From: an uncultured delta proteobacterium
Lineage (GTDB): Bacteria > Desulfobacterota > Binatia > UBA9968
Assembly (NCBI GenBank): GCA_963847445.1
Contig: CAWJZV010000023.1
Location: 140,811 to 204,810 of the forward strand
Reading direction: 5' to 3'
Length of the DNA: 64,000 nt
Shown: piece by piece, positions 51,974-61,813 of the stretch
Position numbering within the stretch: position 1 is the stretch's first letter
Layout of the letters: each line of letters opens with the position of its first letter
Notes under the pieces: generated by a model
Told to the model about the DNA's origin: nothing
The model's input: only the letters and a program-made list of their open reading frames with translations
Database searches by the model: none
Translations under genes and position numbers: made by a program

Positions 51974-53692
51974 ATGGATCCGATACAAATGGAAGTGGTC
52001 TACCGGGCGACCATACAGATTGCCAAGGAGCTGTCGCTCAACATGCTGCGCACCGGCTACTCGTCGGTGATCAAGGAGAGCCAGGACTTCACCTTTTCGA
52101 TCCTCGATGCTGACGGGCGCATGGTCGCCCAGGGGGTGCCGCAGCCGCTGCATATCGGCGGTATCTCGGCGCAGACCCAAGAGGTGCTGCGTAAGTTCAA
52201 AGACCGCATGGCGCCGGGCGATGCCTACGTGCTCAATCACCCGTACCAGGCCTGTCAGAATCACGCCACCGACGTGACCATCGTCTCGCCGGTGTTTTTT
52301 CGCGGCGAGCTGGCGGCGATGGTCGGCAACACGGCGCATAAGCCGGATCTCGGCGGCAAGGTGCCGGGAACCAATTCACCCGACGCCACCGATCTGATGC
52401 AGGAAGGCTTGCTCCTGCCGGCGCTGCGCTTGTATCGCGACGAGCAGGTCAACGAAGATATCAAAGAGATCATCTGGGCCAACACGCGCACGCCGGAGGT
52501 GACCTGGGGCGATATTCAGGCTCAGGCGCAGACCAATTTCTACGGCAGCAAAAAACTCAGCGAACTGTTCGAAACCTACGGCAAGGATGAAGTGCTGGGC
52601 TGCTGGCAGCGCTGGATGGATATCTGCGAGCAGGAGTTGAGAAAAGAGATCGCGAAAATTCCCGATGGTGTCTACGGCCCCTACGAAGATTTTCTCGACG
52701 ACGACGCCATAGAATTCGACCGCGAGTTTCGCATCGCCGCCAAGATGACGGTGCGGGGCGATGAGTTGTTTGTCGATCTCGAAGCATCGCCGCAGGCGCG
52801 CGGCCCGATCAACTTGCGACCCTGCGTGGCGAAGTATTTGCTGAATAGTTTCATCAGCGCGGCGCTTTGCCCGGAGCTGCCGCTCAACGAAGGCATCTCG
52901 CGGCCGATTCATATCGCCTTTCCGCCGGAGGGGACGATCTTGAATCCGCGCTACCCGGCGGCGGTCAACATGTACGTGCGACCGAGCCAGATTCTCAACT
53001 CCGTGGTCGGTATGGTGCTGGCCGATGCGGTGCCGGATCGGGTCGGCGCGCCGGACAGCGGCGCGGGCGGCTCCTGTTCCTTCTCCGGCCGTGACGACCG
53101 CGATGGCCGGTGGTTTTCGCTCTACGATATCTGCCGCGGCGGCGCCGGCGCGCGGCCGCGCTCGGACGGCGTCAGCGTGCTCGATTCCTTCGTCGTCAAC
53201 GTCATGAACACGCCGGTGGAGATGGTCGAAGCGGAATTTCCGATCCGCATTCGCCGCTACCAACTGCACGAGCAGTCGGGCGGCGCCGGACGGTACCGCG
53301 GCGGCATGGGCATCCGGCGCGATTGGGAGATGCTCTGCGAGGAGGCGACGGTGAATTTGCGCAGCGATCGCTTTCTCCATGCCGCGCCGGGTATCGGCGG
53401 CGGCGGTCCGGCGCGGCCATCATCGGCTGCGTTGAATCCGGATTCAGCCAACGCCAAACCGCAGCGCTCGAAGGTCTCCAAGCTGCTGCTGAGAAAAGGC
53501 GATGTATTTTCCGTGCAGTACGGCGGCGGTGGTGGCAGAGGCAAGCCGCATGATCGGCCGGTCGAGCAGGTGTTGGAAGATGTTTGGAACGGTTACATCA
53601 GCAAAGAGACGGCGCGGCGAGTTTACGGTGTCGTCGTTGAAGGCTGGCCGCCAAAAGTGGACGAGATAGAGACCAAGCGGCTACGGTCGTGA
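51974..53692 (+). CDS. Hydantoinase B / oxoprolinase family subunit
   Basis: DPI..EV, RTGYS..IKES.DF, NHPY..H..D, QEG, NTR.P, NTPVE..E..FP, SGGAGRYRGG, GGGG.G.P..R. Confidence 0.92.
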   Translation: MDPIQMEVVYRATIQIAKELSLNMLRTGYSSVIKESQDFTFSILDADGRMVAQGVPQPLHIGGISAQTQEVLRKFKDRMAPGDAYVLNHPYQACQNHATDVTIVSPVFFRGELAAMVGNTAHKPDLGGKVPGTNSPDATDLMQEGLLLPALRLYRDEQVNEDIKEIIWANTRTPEVTWGDIQAQAQTNFYGSKKLSELFETYGKDEVLGCWQRWMDICEQELRKEIAKIPDGVYGPYEDFLDDDAIEFDREFRIAAKMTVRGDELFVDLEASPQARGPINLRPCVAKYLLNSFISAALCPELPLNEGISRPIHIAFPPEGTILNPRYPAAVNMYVRPSQILNSVVGMVLADAVPDRVGAPDSGAGGSCSFSGRDDRDGRWFSLYDICRGGAGARPRSDGVSVLDSFVVNVMNTPVEMVEAEFPIRIRRYQLHEQSGGAGRYRGGMGIRRDWEMLCEEATVNLRSDRFLHAAPGIGGGGPARPSSAALNPDSANAKPQRSKVSKLLLRKGDVFSVQYGGGGGRGKPHDRPVEQVLEDVWNGYISKETARRVYGVVVEGWPPKVDEIETKRLRS

Positions 53693-53732
53693 GCAGCTGA
53701 ATCTCGCGGATATCATGAGTTAAAGAGATGCT

Positions 53733-55778
53733 ATGAGCTTACGTGTCGGCATCGACGTTGGCGGGACCTTTACCGACATCACCGTTCTCGATGAAGCGAG
53801 CGGTGAGATCAGGGAGGTTAAAAAGGTTCCGTCCAATCCGCAGCGGCAGATTGAGGTCTTCGATCATGTCCTTGAAGAACTGAGTTCCCAGTGGGGCGCC
53901 GAGGCGGTGTCTTATCTGCTCCATGGCTCGACCCATGCGCTTAACGCGATCCTCGAAGAAAAAGGCGCGGTCACCGGCTTGCTCGTGACCGAAGGCTTTC
54001 GCGACGTTTACGAAGTGGCGCGCCAATGGAAGGGTGACGAGGTGATGAACATCCTCTATCCCGGCGCGACCCGTTTCATTCCGCGCCGGCGCATCGGCCA
54101 GGTGCGCGAGCGGGTGGACTTCCAAGGCAATGTGCTGGTGCCGCTGGATTTATCGACTGTCGATCACGCCATCGATGAATTGGTCGGCCAAGGCATCGAA
54201 GCATTGGCGATCGTCTTGCTCCACTCCTACGCCAATCCGGCGCATGAGCGCCAAGTGGCCGAGCATGTGCGCCAGCGATTTCCCAATCTCTATATCTCAT
54301 TATCCTCCGAAGTGAATCCCTTGTGGCGCGAGTACGAACGCACCTGTTCGACGGTGATCAATAGCTATGTCGGGCCGCAAATGGGCCGCTATTTGTCGCA
54401 GTTGGAACAGTCGGCAAAAAAGCGCCTGCGCAGCGCTTATCCCTTGGTCATGAAGTCGAGCGGCGGTGTCGGTACGCCGTCATTTCTCGGCCGCTTTCCG
54501 ATTCACACCTTGATGTCTGGGCCGGTGGCCGGCGTGGTGGCCGCCCATGAGCTTGGTCAGAGTCTGGGCCGGAAGAATGTGCTCGGCCTCGATGTCGGCG
54601 GCACCAGTTGCGATGTCTCGCTGATTCCCGGCGCGCCGCTGTTTCGCTCCGAGTGGGCCATCGGCCGTCACCCGGTGCGCGTTGATTCCGTCGAAGTCGA
54701 CAGCATCGGCGCCGGCGGCGGTAGCATCGCCAGGGTGCGTTACGGCAGCGTGCTGCAAGTCGGTCCGCAAAGCGCCGGCGCCAATCCTGGCCCGGCCTGC
54801 TACATGCGCGGCGGCACCGAGCCGACGTTGACCGATGCGCTGGTCGAGTTGGGCCAGCTCAATCCGTCGGTGCTGCTCGGCGGCGGGATGGCGATCGATC
54901 GTCAGCTATCGACGCGGGCGATTCAGTCGGTCATCGCCGGGCCGTTGAACTTGTCGGTGCAAGACTCGGCGCTGGGCATCGAGCGCGTATTGGTCGCCAA
55001 CGTGGTCTCGACCATGCGCACGCTCACCGTCGAGCGCGGTTACGATCCGCGCGAGTTCAGTCTAGTCGCTTTCGGCGGCATGGGGCCGACGGTCGGCACC
55101 GCGGTGGCCGCAGCATTGGGCATTAGCGAGGTGATCGTGCCGGCCAATCCCGGCAACTTTAGCGCCTATGGCATGCTGCTGTCCGACCTGCGTTACGATT
55201 TGGTGATCACCAGATTGATGCTGCTCAATCCGCGCAATCTTTTGACCGTCACCGCTGAGTTGGCCAAGCTGGAAGGCGAAGCGCGCCGGGAACTCTGTGG
55301 CCAAGGCGCATTGGACGAGCGCATCGAGGCGCGCTGGCTGCTCGACCTGCGCTATCGCGGCCAGGCCTATGAACTGACCGTGCCGATCGCTCATGCCGCT
55401 CGCGAATTGGCGATCGAAAAAATCGCCGACGATTTCGGCCGGGTGCATGAGCGGCGCTACGGCCACCGCGCCGATGCCGAGCAGATCGAGATCGTCAACC
55501 TGCGCGTGAGTGCGTCGTATTCTTTGGGCAAGCCGCGCAGCGTTAAGCTCTCAGCCGGCGTCGCCAATGTCCAACCGCGCGATCGCCGCGACGTGATGTT
55601 CTTGGCCGGAAGCCATTTGACGCCGGTATTTGAGCGGGAAAAGTTGCCGCCGGGCTTTGCAATAGATGGCCCGGTGATAATAGAAGAGAAGACATCGACG
55701 GTCGTCGCCGAGCCGGGCTGGCAACTGTCGGTGGACGACGCGGGTAATCTGTTGTTGCACGGAGGAGCGAGGCGATGA
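53733..55778 (+). CDS. Hydantoinase A / oxoprolinase family subunit
   Basis: GIDVGGTFTD, REYER, SGPVAGV, DVGGTS.D, IGAGGGSIA, VGPQSAGANPGPACY, FGGMG. Confidence 0.93.
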   Translation: MSLRVGIDVGGTFTDITVLDEASGEIREVKKVPSNPQRQIEVFDHVLEELSSQWGAEAVSYLLHGSTHALNAILEEKGAVTGLLVTEGFRDVYEVARQWKGDEVMNILYPGATRFIPRRRIGQVRERVDFQGNVLVPLDLSTVDHAIDELVGQGIEALAIVLLHSYANPAHERQVAEHVRQRFPNLYISLSSEVNPLWREYERTCSTVINSYVGPQMGRYLSQLEQSAKKRLRSAYPLVMKSSGGVGTPSFLGRFPIHTLMSGPVAGVVAAHELGQSLGRKNVLGLDVGGTSCDVSLIPGAPLFRSEWAIGRHPVRVDSVEVDSIGAGGGSIARVRYGSVLQVGPQSAGANPGPACYMRGGTEPTLTDALVELGQLNPSVLLGGGMAIDRQLSTRAIQSVIAGPLNLSVQDSALGIERVLVANVVSTMRTLTVERGYDPREFSLVAFGGMGPTVGTAVAAALGISEVIVPANPGNFSAYGMLLSDLRYDLVITRLMLLNPRNLLTVTAELAKLEGEARRELCGQGALDERIEARWLLDLRYRGQAYELTVPIAHAARELAIEKIADDFGRVHERRYGHRADAEQIEIVNLRVSASYSLGKPRSVKLSAGVANVQPRDRRDVMFLAGSHLTPVFEREKLPPGFAIDGPVIIEEKTSTVVAEPGWQLSVDDAGNLLLHGGARR

Positions 55779-56737
55779 AGTATTTGATCACCGGCGGCAT
55801 GGGCGTCAACGGCGCCGTGACGGCGCGTTTGATGGTGCGCGACGGTCTGCGCCCGCTGCTGATGGACAACCGTGTCGACTACACATTGATCGAGGATATC
55901 AAGAATCAGGTCGACATCGTCACCGGCGATGTCTGCGACCAGGCGGCGTTGGAAAAAGCCGTCGATGATTACAAAGTCACGCACATCGCCCATCTGGCGG
56001 CGCTGATGCCGGAAGGGGCCGAGGCCAATCCGCGGCTCGGGGTCAGAGTCAGTCTCGACGGGACCATCAATGTTCTCGAAGTGGCGCGCGCCAAGGGCAT
56101 CAAGCGCGTGGTTTATACCAGTTCCAAGGCAGTGTACGGCGAGATCAACGGCGACGAGGGGCCGCCCAACTACAAACCGCTGCGCGAAGATTACCGCAAG
56201 CTTCCGGCGGATCTATATGGCTCGATGAAAGTCGGTTGCGAGGAACTGGGCCGCTACTATCGCGAGACCTACGGCATCGAATTCATCGCCCTGCGCTTCG
56301 TGTCGATCTACGGACCGGGGAAAGAAGCGCGCCATGGGCCGCTGTCGTTCTACGGCCAATTGATCGAGCGAGCGCGCGAAGGGGCGAAGTGGGTGATTGC
56401 CGAGGGCGGCGACCAGTTGAACGACGCCGTCTACGTCGGCGATGTCGGCCGCTCGGTTTACCTCGCGCTCAAAGCGCCGGCGCCGAAGGAATGGACGTTC
56501 AACATCGGCACCGGCAAAGCGTGGACGCCGAGAGATTTTTTGAACGCCGCGGCCAAGCTGTTTCCCAATCACAAGATCGAGCTCGGCCCTGGGCCGAGCA
56601 AGCTCGGCCGAAGCAAGCAGAGCTACTGCATCTTCGATATCTCGGCGGCGCAGCGCAATATCGGCTACGAACCGGCGTACACCGTCGAGCAGGGCGTGAA
56701 GGATTACGTCGAGACGCTGGATCGGTTGGGAAGATAG
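55775..56737 (+). CDS. NAD-dependent epimerase/dehydratase (extended SDR)
   Basis: LITGGMGVNG, HLAA, YTSS.AVYG, YGSMK, IYGPG; ATGA overlap with the upstream gene. Confidence 0.9.
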   Translation: MKYLITGGMGVNGAVTARLMVRDGLRPLLMDNRVDYTLIEDIKNQVDIVTGDVCDQAALEKAVDDYKVTHIAHLAALMPEGAEANPRLGVRVSLDGTINVLEVARAKGIKRVVYTSSKAVYGEINGDEGPPNYKPLREDYRKLPADLYGSMKVGCEELGRYYRETYGIEFIALRFVSIYGPGKEARHGPLSFYGQLIERAREGAKWVIAEGGDQLNDAVYVGDVGRSVYLALKAPAPKEWTFNIGTGKAWTPRDFLNAAAKLFPNHKIELGPGPSKLGRSKQSYCIFDISAAQRNIGYEPAYTVEQGVKDYVETLDRLGR

Positions 56738-56747
56738 GAGAAGAGAT

Positions 56748-56912
56748 TTAACCACAAAGAGCACAAAGGTCACAAAGTAGGCAGAGTTTCGGATGCGGAT
56801 TATTTACCGCAGAGAACGCAGAGTACGCAAAAAGGGAATGGGATTTGTAGGGGCGGGTTTGAAACCCGCCCTCCGTATTCGACTTTGTGTCCTTTGTGCT
56901 CTTTGTGGTTAA
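56748..56912. repeat. Nested palindromic elements
   Basis: Outer TTAACCACAAAGAGCACAAAGGTCACAAAG ... CTTTGTGTCCTTTGTGCTCTTTGTGGTTAA enclosing CGCAGAG repeats and GTAGGGGCGGGTTTGAAACCCGCCC. Confidence 0.8.
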
Positions 56913-56950
56913 AAGATCCGACAGAATTTAGACACAACAACGGAGGAACT

Positions 56951-58750
56951 ATGGCAGAGGCACCTAAAGGTGGCGGAGAAGTTTGGTCGGCGGGCATCGG
57001 CCGGAAGAGTAATGCTCAATATGGTTCGGATTTGATGGTCGAAGTGTTGCGCGAATTGGGCATCAAGTACATCGCGCTCAATCCGGGGGCGAGCTATCGC
57101 GGCTTCCATGATTCCATGGTCAACTTCGAGCCGGAAAAGGGCCCGGAGATGATCATGTGCACCCATGAAGAGATCGCCGTGGCGATCGCCAATGGCTATG
57201 CGCGCGCCACCGGCGAAATCATGGCGACCGGTTTGCACAACGTCGTCGGCTTGCAGCATGCGAGCATGGCGATCTTCAACGCCTGGTGCGACCGCACGCC
57301 GATCTTGAATCTCGGCGGCGGCGGGCCGCAGGATACCACCCAGCGGCGCTCCACCGACTGGGTGCATACCGCGTTGGTGCAAGGCCTGGCGGTGCGCGAT
57401 TACGTCAAGTTCGACGATCAGCCGACGACGGTGGACGGCGTGGCCGAGTCGTTTTTGAAAGCCTACCGCTTCGCCATGACCGAACCGAAGGGGCCGGTTT
57501 ATATCTGTCTCGACAGCGATGTCCAGGAAGCCAAGATCGACAAGCCGATGGTGGTGCCGCATGCGCAGCTGTTTCGGCCGCCGGCGGGGCCAGGCGCTAA
57601 TCCGGAGTCGTTGAAAACCGCCGCGCGATTTCTCGCCGAGGCGCAATGGCCGGTAATCGTTGCCGGTGAGTTGGCGCGCAATGCCAAATCTTTGCCGCCG
57701 ATGCTCGATTTGGCCGAAGCCCTGGGCGCACCGGTGGTGGACTCCGATGGTCGCTACGCTTTTCCGAGCACCCATCCGTTGAATCTCACCAACGCGCGCG
57801 AAGAGGCGCTGCAAAACGCCGATGTGGTGTTGGCGCTCGATGTGCCGAGCCTGGGCGTGCCGTTGGGACCGTCAATGCGCGAGCGCGGCAACTTCGCGCC
57901 GATCATCGCGCCGTCGTGCAAGGTGATTCATATCACGTTGCTCGATCTCGAACGGCAGAGCTGGGTGAGCGACAACATGTGGCTGTTGCCGGTGCATGTG
58001 CCGATCGCGGCGGATACGGCGGTGGCGCTGCCGCCATTGCTCGAACAGGTGCGCGAGCGCTTGGCCGCCGATCCCAGCTCCGCGAAACTGGTGGCGGAAC
58101 GGCGCGCCAAGGTCGAGGCGATCTATCGCGAGACACGCAAGAAGAGCGAAGAATGGATTAAGAAAACCTGGGATGAAAAGCCGATCTCGCAGGCGCGCTT
58201 TTTCAGCGAGATCAACAAACGAGTGCAGGGAAAAGCCTGGGCGCTGGTTTCGGCCCATGGCCGGCGCTGGCGCGAAGTCATCGAGGTCAGCGAGCCGGCC
58301 CATGGCATGGGCGGCGGTCGCGGCGGCGGCGTCGGTTACGGTCTGCCGTCGTCGATCGGTTCGGCGCTCGGATTCAAAGGCAGCGGCCGGTTGTGCGTGA
58401 GCATATTAGGCGACGGCGATTTTCTCATGACCTCCAACGCGCTGTGGACCGCGGCGAAGTATCAGATCCCGCTGCTGGTGATCGTGCTCAACAATCACTC
58501 GTACTACAACGACGAGGAGCATCAAGAGCGCATGGCGCGGGCGCGCAAACGGCCGGTGGAAAACAAAGGCATCGGCATCCGCATCGAAGATCCGGTGCCG
58601 GACCTGGTGACCATCGCCAGAGCTTTCAACGTCGACGCCTTCGGTCCGGTCACCGAGCCGGGTGAGCTGGGCCCGATCCTCGACAAGGCGATTGAGCTCG
58701 TCGATAGCGGCAAGCCCGTGGTCGTCGATGTGTTCACGCAGCCGCGGTAA
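56951..58750 (+). CDS. Thiamine pyrophosphate-dependent enzyme (acetolactate synthase/benzoylformate decarboxylase-like)
   Basis: YGSD, NPGAS.RG.HDS.VN, HEE, GDGD..NN TPP motif; GGAGG RBS. Confidence 0.9.
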   Translation: MAEAPKGGGEVWSAGIGRKSNAQYGSDLMVEVLRELGIKYIALNPGASYRGFHDSMVNFEPEKGPEMIMCTHEEIAVAIANGYARATGEIMATGLHNVVGLQHASMAIFNAWCDRTPILNLGGGGPQDTTQRRSTDWVHTALVQGLAVRDYVKFDDQPTTVDGVAESFLKAYRFAMTEPKGPVYICLDSDVQEAKIDKPMVVPHAQLFRPPAGPGANPESLKTAARFLAEAQWPVIVAGELARNAKSLPPMLDLAEALGAPVVDSDGRYAFPSTHPLNLTNAREEALQNADVVLALDVPSLGVPLGPSMRERGNFAPIIAPSCKVIHITLLDLERQSWVSDNMWLLPVHVPIAADTAVALPPLLEQVRERLAADPSSAKLVAERRAKVEAIYRETRKKSEEWIKKTWDEKPISQARFFSEINKRVQGKAWALVSAHGRRWREVIEVSEPAHGMGGGRGGGVGYGLPSSIGSALGFKGSGRLCVSILGDGDFLMTSNALWTAAKYQIPLLVIVLNNHSYYNDEEHQERMARARKRPVENKGIGIRIEDPVPDLVTIARAFNVDAFGPVTEPGELGPILDKAIELVDSGKPVVVDVFTQPR

Positions 58751-58930
58751 TCCGAGCGCACGGCAAGTAAGAAGAAAACCGGGAATCGCAAGGAGTAAGC
58801 CGCAAAGCCTGTCCTGAGCGAATGCGAAGGAACTGAGCCGCGCAAAGGGCGCAAAAAATACTTTTTCTGGAATCAAAATTTGTGCACATGGCGCTGACTC
58901 TTAATGATTAGCAGTGCAAGACGGGGGACG

Positions 58931-59514
58931 ATGACTAGCAGCGGAATATTACTTTTACTCGGCGCTTTATTCTCCTTCGTCGGATGTGCGGAAAAAAGGC
59001 CGGTCGCGCAGACACCGGTGGAGCGTGGCAAGTATTTGGTGACGATTACCGGTTGTCATGATTGTCACTCGCCGAAAGCTGAAGGGCCGGGCGGTAAACC
59101 GGCGTTGGATGAGAAACGTTTGTTGTCCGGCCATCCGGAGAAGGCTGCCTATCCAACTTGGACACCCGAAGACATGAAACAACGCAACGCGCTGGCGTTG
59201 ACCAATCCGATGTTGACCGCATGGGCGGGGCCGTGGGGTGTCAGCTTTGCAGCCAATTTGACACCGGACAAAGAGACCGGTATCTCCGAGTGGAGCGAGG
59301 AAAGCTTCGTTCGAGCGATGCGCACCGGCAAGCATCAAGGACAACCCAATGGCCGTGATATTTTACCGCCGATGCCGTGGGAGTCCTTCAAAGCAATGAC
59401 CGATGAGGATTTGCAGGCAGTGTTCGCTTACCTACGCAGTCTGCCGCCGGTAAAAAATCAGGTGCCATTGCCGGTAGTTGCCGGGCGCTGCCGGCTTCCG
59501 AGGCTAAACCGTAA
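58931..59514 (+). CDS. c-type cytochrome, probable lipoprotein (end inferred; frameshift near 59484)
   Basis: Hydrophobic leader with FVGC, ERGKYL, CHDCH, GPWG..AANLTPD..TG, PPMPW; the ORF track fuses it to the next small gene. Confidence 0.78.
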
Positions 59515-59527
59515 AGAGGAGTGTGAG

Positions 59528-59713
59528 ATGGATAAACTGATCGAAGCGAATCTGAAAGCGGTGCTTCAGCGCGAAGGCTTGGAGCCGAAGGCCGGCGATC
59601 TCGAGCAGTTCAGCGAGATCATCGAGCTGTATATGGGTAACCTGAAGCAGCTGCACTCGGTGAATCTCGGTTCCGAGGAACTGGCTCCGGTGTTTCGACC
59701 TGAGTGGAAGTGA
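59528..59713 (+). CDS. Small acidic protein (61 aa), possible amidase accessory subunit
   Basis: GAGGAG RBS at 59516-59521 before ATG; ends V.L..EELAPVF; directly upstream of an amidase. Confidence 0.6.
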   Translation: MDKLIEANLKAVLQREGLEPKAGDLEQFSEIIELYMGNLKQLHSVNLGSEELAPVFRPEWK

Positions 59714-59723
59714 AGGATTAAAC

Positions 59724-59804
59724 CGAGATCCCTCGTTTCACTCGGGATGACAGCGAAGACGGAACAACTGCCGCTACTGTCATTTCGAGCGTAGCGAGAA
59801 ATCT
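59724..59804. repeat. TGTCATT..GAAATCT-type REP doublet
   Basis: GAGATCCCTCGTTTCACTCGGGATGACA ... TGTCATTTCGAGCGTAGCGAGAAATCT; same family as the element at ~43899-43960. Confidence 0.75.
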
Positions 59805-59848
59805 CGTCCTCGCTTGGCAGTAACGCGTAAAGAGAAGGGAGACTCATC

Positions 59849-61234
59849 ATGGCCGTCGCTGAAAAACCGCTTTACTATTTAACCATTCATGAAGCCCAAC
59901 AACTGATTCGCGAGCGCAAGCTCTCGCCGGTGGAGCTGACCAAGTCGGTGCTCGATCGCATTGCCGCGGTCGATGACAGGCTGCACGCCTACATTAATTT
60001 AATGGCCGACGGCGCCATGGCTGCGGCGCGCGCGGCTGAAGCGGAGATCGCCAAAGGCAACTGGCGCGGGCCGATGCACGGCATTCCATTCGCCGTGAAA
60101 GACCAGCTCGATGTCGAGGGCGCGCCGGCTCGGGTGCGGCAATTTACCCAAGGTGTCGGCGACGCCACGCCGGTGCGCAAGTTGCGCGAGGCCGGCGCTG
60201 TGCTGTTGGGCAAGTTGCATATGAGCAGCATGCCGGGACCTGAGCTGCCGCTGCCGCGCAATCCGTGGAATACCGATCATATTACCGGCGGGTCGAGCAC
60301 CGGCTCCGGCGCCGCGGTGGCCGGCGGTTTGTGTCTGGGCTCTCTCGGCGAAGACACCGCCGGCTCGATCCGCAATCCGTCGGCGTTCTGCGGCATCGCC
60401 GGACTCAAAGCGACCTATGGACGGGTCAGCCGGCATGGCCTGGCGCCGCTCAGCTGGTCGCTCGATCACTGCGGGCCGATGGCGCGCGCGGTGGAAGATC
60501 TGGCGCATATGCTCAACGCCTTAGCGGGCTACGATGGCAACGATCCGACATCGAGCGCCCAGCCGGTGGTCGATTATACCAGCGCTTTGAGCGGCGACGT
60601 GAAGGGCATGGTCATCGGCGTGCCGCGCGACTATATCGATGAATGCGCGCCGCGCACCGATCCCATCGTCTTGCGCCGCGTCGACGAAGCGATCGCCCAA
60701 CTCAAAGCCCTCGGCGCGCGCATCGAAGAAGTCAAAGTGCCGACGCTGCATCTCGCCACCATCGCCAACGCGGTGATCTATTACAATGAATTCTGGGCGG
60801 CCAACCGCGGCGCAGCGGCGTCGGTGTTGGCAACCGGCGCGGCGCAGCGGCGCGCGCGGATTTATCTCGGTCTATTGACCAATTCCTCCGACTACATTCA
60901 GGCACAGCGCATACGCAGCCGCTGCCGCGCCGAGTTGGCGCAGGTGTTTGAGAAAATCGATTGCCTGGCCCTGCCGAACCAAAACGGGCCGGCGCCGCGG
61001 GTCGAGGATGTCGGACCGATCGACACGCTCTTCAAGCATGTGGTGCCGGAATTCCACGGGCCGTTTAACCTCACCGGCCTGCCGACCCTGTCGGTGCCCT
61101 GCGGTTTCTCCGAAAATAATTTGCCGATTGCCCTGCAAATCGTCGGCCGGCCGTTTGACGAAGTCACGGTGCTGCGCGCCGGCTACACCTATCAGCAGCA
61201 GATGAAATGGTATGAAAAGCGGCCGGCGATCTAG
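59849..61234 (+). CDS. Amidase-signature family enzyme (GatA/AtzE-like)
   Basis: GIPFAVKD, RNPW..TGGSSTGSGAAVA, GEDTAGSIRNPS, GLKATYGRVS, FNLTGLP.LSVPCG. Confidence 0.93.
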   Translation: MAVAEKPLYYLTIHEAQQLIRERKLSPVELTKSVLDRIAAVDDRLHAYINLMADGAMAAARAAEAEIAKGNWRGPMHGIPFAVKDQLDVEGAPARVRQFTQGVGDATPVRKLREAGAVLLGKLHMSSMPGPELPLPRNPWNTDHITGGSSTGSGAAVAGGLCLGSLGEDTAGSIRNPSAFCGIAGLKATYGRVSRHGLAPLSWSLDHCGPMARAVEDLAHMLNALAGYDGNDPTSSAQPVVDYTSALSGDVKGMVIGVPRDYIDECAPRTDPIVLRRVDEAIAQLKALGARIEEVKVPTLHLATIANAVIYYNEFWAANRGAAASVLATGAAQRRARIYLGLLTNSSDYIQAQRIRSRCRAELAQVFEKIDCLALPNQNGPAPRVEDVGPIDTLFKHVVPEFHGPFNLTGLPTLSVPCGFSENNLPIALQIVGRPFDEVTVLRAGYTYQQQMKWYEKRPAI

Positions 61235-61299
61235 GATTGGTAGGAATGGCCGCAAAGAACGCAAAGAACACAAAATAAAATTGAAGCGGAAATCTGGAT

Positions 61300-61322
61300 G
61301 TAGGGGCGTATCGCATACGCCC
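61300..61322. repeat. Distal copy of the RAYT-associated REP
   Basis: GTAGGGGCGTATCGCATACGCCC. Confidence 0.8.
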
Positions 61323-61468
61323 TGGGTGGTGGGGTGAGGATCGCGTAGCCATAAAAATTGCGTGGGTAAGACAATTTCTAATGGATAACAACTCACAGGA
61401 CGCAAGAAAGAATTCCAATGGCGGGGCAACCCCCTGTGGTTGCCCTCTTAGCTTGGGAGGATAGATTC

Positions 61469-61813
61469 ATGGACATTCAACGTATCAATCCGCGCGAATG
61501 GAACTGCAATGCGGCGGTGTTCGGCGATCTAGTGTTTTGCTCCGGCATGGTCGCCGACGACAAGTCGCTCGACATGAAGGGGCAGACGGCGCAGGTGTTG
61601 AAAAAGATCGATGCCGTGTTGGCGCAGGCGGGTACCAGCAAATCGCGCATCTTGAGCGCGACCATTTACATGCAGGATGCGGCGCTCAAAGACGCGATGA
61701 ACGAGGCCTGGATGGCTTGGGTCGATCGTGGGAACTTGCCGACTCGGACCGCCGTGGGCGCGGTGCTGACACCGGGAACTATGGTCGAGATCACCGTTTG
61801 CGCGGCCAAGTAA
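61469..61813 (+). CDS. RidA/YjgF family protein
   Basis: SG.V, QTAQVL..ID..L..AG..K, MNEAW..W, P.R..V, VEI..AA; GGAGG RBS. Confidence 0.9.
   Translation: MDIQRINPREWNCNAAVFGDLVFCSGMVADDKSLDMKGQTAQVLKKIDAVLAQAGTSKSRILSATIYMQDAALKDAMNEAWMAWVDRGNLPTRTAVGAVLTPGTMVEITVCAAK

Noticed and set aside
52376-57814. Long antisense ORFs (e.g. 52376..53380, 56909..57814; also 3838..4602, 11078..11791)
   Set aside because: Shadow frames of GC3-rich real genes, with no recognisable motifs or RBS
58904-59713. Cytochrome c with a novel C-terminal fusion domain
   Set aside because: An internal RBS/ATG and a nearby alternative-frame stop favour two genes joined by an indel
59849-61234. gatA of the tRNA amidotransferase
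   Set aside because: No gatB, and the sequence and context suit a catabolic amidase
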